A stretch of DNA of 64,000 nt from Nocardioidaceae bacterium. GTDB taxonomy: Bacteria > Actinomycetota > Actinomycetes > Propionibacteriales > Nocardioidaceae. The first letter of the stretch is position 1, and the number at the start of each line of letters is the position of its first letter. The notes beneath the pieces were generated by a model. The model worked only from the letters and a program-made list of their open reading frames with translations. It did not search any database and was not told where the DNA came from. This document shows positions 59,879-64,000 of this stretch, piece after piece. Made by a program: the position numbers and the translations under genes. The DNA lies in the NCBI GenBank assembly GCA_029266455.1, contig JAQSWV010000004.1:23330-87329 (forward strand). The letters run 5' to 3'.

Positions 59879-59949
59879 GCCACCGGATCCGGAGGCTGCA
59901 GGCTGGCCAGGTCGGCGCCCGTCCCTCCCCCCGATGGCAGGATCGTCCG

Positions 59950-61470
59950 GTGAGCCAACCGCCCGAGCAGCCCGCATCCGGCCGCCCGCCGTCCAGCAGG
60001 GGGAACCCGGCGATAGGGGACATCCTCCGGTCGGTGCTGGTGCTCGCGGTGGCGGTGCTGGCGGTGGTCTGGATCGGCGGAGGCTTCGACTCCGACCCCG
60101 TGGCGGAGCCGGAAACCGTCGACGTCGAGGCGGTGGCCCGGCGCGCCGCCGACACCGCCACGTACCCCCTGCTGGCGCCGTCGGCCCTCCCGGCAGGGTG
60201 GCGGGCCACACAGGCGCGTTGGGATCCCACAGGTCAGCAGTGGCACCTGGGGCTGCTCACCGACGACGAGGCCTACGTGGGCCTGGAACAGGCGCGGGGC
60301 GTGCCGATCGCCGAGCTCGTCGAGAGCTTCCTCGGATCGGCGGAGCCGGATGGTGAGCAGGTCGTGGGCGGCACGCCCTGGCGCGTGTACGTCGACACGG
60401 CAACCGGCCGAACCGCGCTGCTGAGCAGCGACGGGGGAGTCACCACGATGGTGCTCGGCTCGCCGCCCCGCGCCACTCTCGTGGCTTTCGCGGAGACGTT
60501 GCGGCCGACGCTCGGTGGCGGTTCGCAGCCATCCGCGATCGGCGCCCGGGCCGACGAGCCCGCAGTCCCCGGACCTCGGAAGAAGCGAGAACGACCCCAC
60601 CCGGTGTCCATCGCCGCACTGGTGGAGCACGAGTACGACGGCCGCGGCCTCCGCCTCGGCCGGTCGCTCGGCGACTTCGGCGCCTACACCCGCCACTACG
60701 TGACGTACCGCAGTGAGGGCCTGCGCATCTCGGGGATCCTCAACATCCCCGCGGGGAAGGGGCCGTTCCCCGCACTGGTGCTGAACCACGGGTACATCGA
60801 CCCGGCCGAGTACGTGAACGGCCAGGGGCTGGCCCGCGAGCAGGACTACCTCGCCCGTCGGGGCTTCCTCGTTCTGCACACCGACTACCGCAACCACGCC
60901 GGCTCGGGCTCCGACCCGGGCAACGACCTGCGCCTGCGCCTTGGCTACACCGTGGACGTGGTCAACGCCGTCCGGGCCCTGCGACGGTCGTCGCTCCCGG
61001 TTGACGACGACCGGGTCGGGCTGCTCGGTCGGTCCATGGGGGGTGGGGTCACCTACAACGCGCTGGTGGCCCGGCCGGGGCTGGTCGACGCCGCAGTGGT
61101 GTACGCACCGGTCAGCTCGTTGGCGGCGCAGAACTTCGAGCGCTGGATCCGGGACGACCCGGACGACGACGGCCTTTCCGCGCGCATCCTCGAGCGGTAC
61201 GGCTCACCGGAGCGCAACCCGGAGTTCTGGCGTGACGTGTCACCGCGTCCCTTCTTCGGCCGGATCACCGAGCCGGTGCTGATCCACCACGGCACCGCGG
61301 ACAGCACCTGTCCGCCGGCGTGGTCGCGTGCGACGCTGCGCGCCATGCGCGCCGCCGGCGTCCGCGCCCGGCTGCTCGCCTACCCCGGTGAGGAGCACGC
61401 CTTCGTCCCGCAGTGGGAGGAGTCGATGCAGCGCACGACCGACTTCCTGCGCACTCACCTTCGCGGGTGA
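59950..61470 (+). CDS. single ORF joining a DUF4245-like membrane-anchored domain to an alpha/beta-hydrolase (S9/dienelactone-hydrolase-like) domain
   Basis: The N-terminal half has a TM helix, then YPLLAPSALPAGWRATQARW...LGL, as in DUF4245. The C-terminal half has GRSMGGG (nucleophile) and HHGTADSTCP ... EEHAF. There is no stop between the halves. Confidence 0.7.
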   Translation: MSQPPEQPASGRPPSSRGNPAIGDILRSVLVLAVAVLAVVWIGGGFDSDPVAEPETVDVEAVARRAADTATYPLLAPSALPAGWRATQARWDPTGQQWHLGLLTDDEAYVGLEQARGVPIAELVESFLGSAEPDGEQVVGGTPWRVYVDTATGRTALLSSDGGVTTMVLGSPPRATLVAFAETLRPTLGGGSQPSAIGARADEPAVPGPRKKRERPHPVSIAALVEHEYDGRGLRLGRSLGDFGAYTRHYVTYRSEGLRISGILNIPAGKGPFPALVLNHGYIDPAEYVNGQGLAREQDYLARRGFLVLHTDYRNHAGSGSDPGNDLRLRLGYTVDVVNAVRALRRSSLPVDDDRVGLLGRSMGGGVTYNALVARPGLVDAAVVYAPVSSLAAQNFERWIRDDPDDDGLSARILERYGSPERNPEFWRDVSPRPFFGRITEPVLIHHGTADSTCPPAWSRATLRAMRAAGVRARLLAYPGEEHAFVPQWEESMQRTTDFLRTHLRG

Positions 61471-61473
61471 GGC

Positions 61474-61722
61474 TCAGCCCTCCTCGCCCGCGGTCCCGCC
61501 TGCTTCGCTGCCGGTGCCGGGTTGCACCGCCTCGAGGCGGGCGCGGGCGCCCTCCAGCCACCGCTCACAGATGCGGGCGAGCTCTTCGCCGCGCTCCCAC
61601 AGGGCCAGCGAGTCCTCCAGGGTGGTGCCGCCCGCCTCGAGACGGCGGACGACCTCGACCAGCTCGTCGCGCGCCTGTTCGTAGCTGAGACCGGCCGACT
61701 CAGCCGCTGTGTCGTCACTCAT
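61474..61722 (-). CDS. xseB: exodeoxyribonuclease VII small subunit
   Basis: Contains [41 protein letters not shown]. It overlaps the xseA stop. Confidence 0.9.
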   Translation of the reverse strand: MSDDTAAESAGLSYEQARDELVEVVRRLEAGGTTLEDSLALWERGEELARICERWLEGARARLEAVQPGTGSEAGGTAGEEG

Positions 61723-62950
61723 CGTCGCCTCCCGGGGGCTCAGAGGTCACGGTCTCGACGCGCACGCCCACTCGCCCGTCGTGCAGCCGCACCGACAGGG
61801 TGTCGCCCGCGGCGGCGGCGGCGGCTCCGGCCAGTACGTGGCCACTCTGGGTCTGCACCACCGCGTAGCCGCGGCGCAGCGTGGCCAACGGCGACAGGGC
61901 ACGGGCGCGGGCCCGCTGGTGCCCGACCTCGTCCGCGGCCCGGTCGAGCCGGTGCGAGAGAGTGCGGCGGGCCCGGTCACGCATGGCGTGCAGCGCCTCC
62001 CGTCGCGCGTCCAGGCCGGCGTGCGGCGCGCCCAGCGCAGGGCGCGAGCGGAGCGTGGCCAGCTGGCGGGTCTCGCCCGCGATGTGCCCGGCCACTGCGC
62101 GGCGCGCCCGGTCCCGGGCCTGACGTACGCCGGCGAGCTCCTCGGTGACGTCCGGCACCACCTGCTTGGCGGCGTCGGTGGGGGTCGCCGCCCGGACGTC
62201 GGCCACCAGGTCGAGGATCGGGTTGTCGGGCTCGTGGCCGATGGCGCTGACCAGCGGAGTGCGCAGCGCGGCGACGACGCGCACCAGCCCCTCGTCGCTG
62301 AACGGCAGCAGATCCTCCATCGAGCCGCCGCCTCTCGCCACGACGATGACGTCCACGTCGACGTCCGCATCCAGCCTGCGCAGCGCCTCTATCACCTGCA
62401 GGGCTGCGTCGCGGCCCTGCACGAGCGTGTGCTCGACGCGGAACCGCACGCCGGGCCAGCGGCGCCGGGCCACCTCGAGCACGTCGCGCTCCGCGGCCGA
62501 ACCCCTGCCCGTCACCAGGCCGACGCCGCGGGGCAGGAACGGCAACGGCATCTTTCGTTCGGCGGCGAACAGCCCCTCTGCGGCCAGCAGCCGGCGTCGC
62601 TGCTCGAGCCGCGCCAGCAGCTCACCGAGGCCTACCGGGCGGAGGACGTCGACGTACAGCGAGAGCGAGCCACGCCGGTCGTAGTAGCTCGGTCGGACGT
62701 GGGCGACCACCCGGGCACCCTCGGTCAGCGGCACGGTCATGGCGTCGAGCAGCCGGCGCGAGCACGAGGCCTGCACCGACATGTCGGCGAGCGGGTCGCG
62801 CAGGGTCAGGTAGACGCGGTCCTGGCGAAGAGTGAGCTCGGCCACCTGCGCCTCGACCCAGACCGTGCCGAGGCGCCCCAGCCACTGCCCGATGGCGGCC
62901 GACACCACCCGCAGCGGGGCGGGGTTCTCGGGTGACGTGTCCAGGGCCAC
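61715..62950 (-). CDS. xseA: exodeoxyribonuclease VII large subunit
   Basis: The GTG at 62950 gives [24 protein letters not shown] (OB-fold N-terminus), followed by the catalytic core GRGGGS.EDL. The ORF-track start at 63424 runs antisense into ispH. Confidence 0.9.
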   Translation of the reverse strand: MALDTSPENPAPLRVVSAAIGQWLGRLGTVWVEAQVAELTLRQDRVYLTLRDPLADMSVQASCSRRLLDAMTVPLTEGARVVAHVRPSYYDRRGSLSLYVDVLRPVGLGELLARLEQRRRLLAAEGLFAAERKMPLPFLPRGVGLVTGRGSAAERDVLEVARRRWPGVRFRVEHTLVQGRDAALQVIEALRRLDADVDVDVIVVARGGGSMEDLLPFSDEGLVRVVAALRTPLVSAIGHEPDNPILDLVADVRAATPTDAAKQVVPDVTEELAGVRQARDRARRAVAGHIAGETRQLATLRSRPALGAPHAGLDARREALHAMRDRARRTLSHRLDRAADEVGHQRARARALSPLATLRRGYAVVQTQSGHVLAGAAAAAAGDTLSVRLHDGRVGVRVETVTSEPPGGDDE

Positions 62951-63013
62951 GGCCGAAGCGTAGGCAAGCCGCCGATGTCGTGCTTCCCCGACGCCTACGA
63001 TGAGGGTGTGTCC

Positions 63014-64000
63014 ATGCTCCTCCCTGATCCTGTCGTGCCCGGGCCCGAGGCTCGCGAGGTGCTGCTCGCCGCACCCCGCGGCTACTGCGCGGGCGTCGAC
63101 CGTGCCGTGATCACCGTGGAGAAGGCACTCGACCTGTACGGGGCACCGGTCTACGTGCGCAAGCAGATCGTGCACAACAGGCACGTCGTGGAGTCGCTGG
63201 AGCGTCGCGGCGCCGTGTTCGTCGAGGAGCTGAGCGAGGTGCCGGAGGGGTCGACCGTGGTGTTCTCCGCACACGGAGTCTCCCCGGCGGTGCACACGCA
63301 GGCGGCGGAGCGCGACCTCAAGACGATCGACGCCACCTGTCCTCTGGTGACGAAGGTCCACCACGAGGCGCGGCGCTTCGGCAACGACGGCTACGACATC
63401 CTGCTCATCGGTCACGAGGGCCATGAAGAGGTCGAGGGGACGGCGGGGGAGGCCCCGGAGCGCACGATCCTCGTGCAGAGCCCGGCCGATGCCGAGACCG
63501 TGCAGGTGCGAGACCCCGAGCGGGTCGCCTGGCTGTCGCAGACCACGTTGTCGGTCGACGAGACGATGGCCACCGTGGACCGGCTGCGCGAACGCTTCCC
63601 CGCGCTGCTCGACCCGCCCAGCGACGACATCTGCTACGCCACCCAGAACCGTCAGGTGGCGGTCAAGCAGATCGCCCGGGACGCGGACCTGGTCGTCGTC
63701 GTCGGCTCGGCCAACTCCTCCAACTCGGTGCGACTGGTCGAGGTGGCGCTCGAGGGCGGGGCAGCCGCGGCATACCGGGTCGACGACGCGAGCGAGATGG
63801 ACGAGGCCTGGCTGGACGACGTGGAATCCGTCGGCGTCACCAGCGGTGCCTCGGTCCCCGAGGAGCTGGTCGAGGGCGTGCTCGACTGGCTGCGCGCCCG
63901 GGGATACCCGGACGCCCGAGCGGTCCGTACGGCCGAGGAGAGCTTGATCTTCTCGTTGCCCAAGGAGCTGCGCCGTGACATGAAGGCCGCCGGGCTCCCG
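63014..64000 (+). CDS. ispH: 4-hydroxy-3-methylbut-2-enyl diphosphate reductase, 3' end cut by the window edge
   Basis: My own translation from the ATG at 63014 reads [32 protein letters not shown]...[10 protein letters not shown]...GHEGHEEV...TTLS...ICYATQNRQ...SANSSNS. It is not in the ORF track because no stop falls inside the window. Confidence 0.9.
   Translation, partial: MLLPDPVVPGPEAREVLLAAPRGYCAGVDRAVITVEKALDLYGAPVYVRKQIVHNRHVVESLERRGAVFVEELSEVPEGSTVVFSAHGVSPAVHTQAAERDLKTIDATCPLVTKVHHEARRFGNDGYDILLIGHEGHEEVEGTAGEAPERTILVQSPADAETVQVRDPERVAWLSQTTLSVDETMATVDRLRERFPALLDPPSDDICYATQNRQVAVKQIARDADLVVVVGSANSSNSVRLVEVALEGGAAAAYRVDDASEMDEAWLDDVESVGVTSGASVPEELVEGVLDWLRARGYPDARAVRTAEESLIFSLPKELRRDMKAAGLP

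Overview
This is a very GC-rich, actinobacterial-type chromosomal segment. It is densely packed with about 58 protein genes and one tRNA. I found no rRNA, no CRISPR array, and no recognisable transposase, integrase or phage genes.

Gene content and order look like conserved core-genome backbone. From memory of mycobacterial gene order it runs mfd-mazG-eno-ftsB-DUF501-ppx, then cbs/metB, then greA-DUF4307-mca, then yyaL-hlyIII-Z-prenyl transferase-phoH2, then fumC-glpX, then xseB-xseA-ispH. Several other loci are interleaved:
- a sugar ABC importer with two tandem MalK/MsiK-type ATPases
- a transglycosylase-like gene followed by an S8 protease and a DUF2079 gene
- a modABC operon with a MerR-HTH/TOBE regulator
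- a WS/DGAT gene
- several redox and sulfur genes (msrA, trx, mca, BVMO)

Most of the long ORFs in the six-frame track are Arg/Pro/Gly-rich shadow frames of these genes, and I did not call them.

I do not see a convincing new multi-gene system (defence, secretion or biosynthetic cluster). The observations worth a second look are small-scale:
1. A perfectly folded 75-nt tRNA has a Leu-type D-arm, discriminator A73 and a UAA anticodon, but only a 6-nt variable region. It would be a bldA-like UUA decoder without the class II extra arm.
2. The only in-frame TTA codon I spotted lies in the secreted S8 protease.
3. A 146-bp element sits between msrA and metB. It has 24-bp perfect terminal inverted repeats around duplicated G4-prone tracts, and a solo arm copy lies 13.6 kb away.
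4. Three tandem duplications each span the stop codon of a gene: greA 24 bp x6, hlyIII 11 bp x4, yyaL 8 bp x2.
5. There are candidate structured leaders upstream of the msiK-like ATPase and the transglycosylase-like gene.

All folds, motif calls and start codons were done by eye and need software confirmation.
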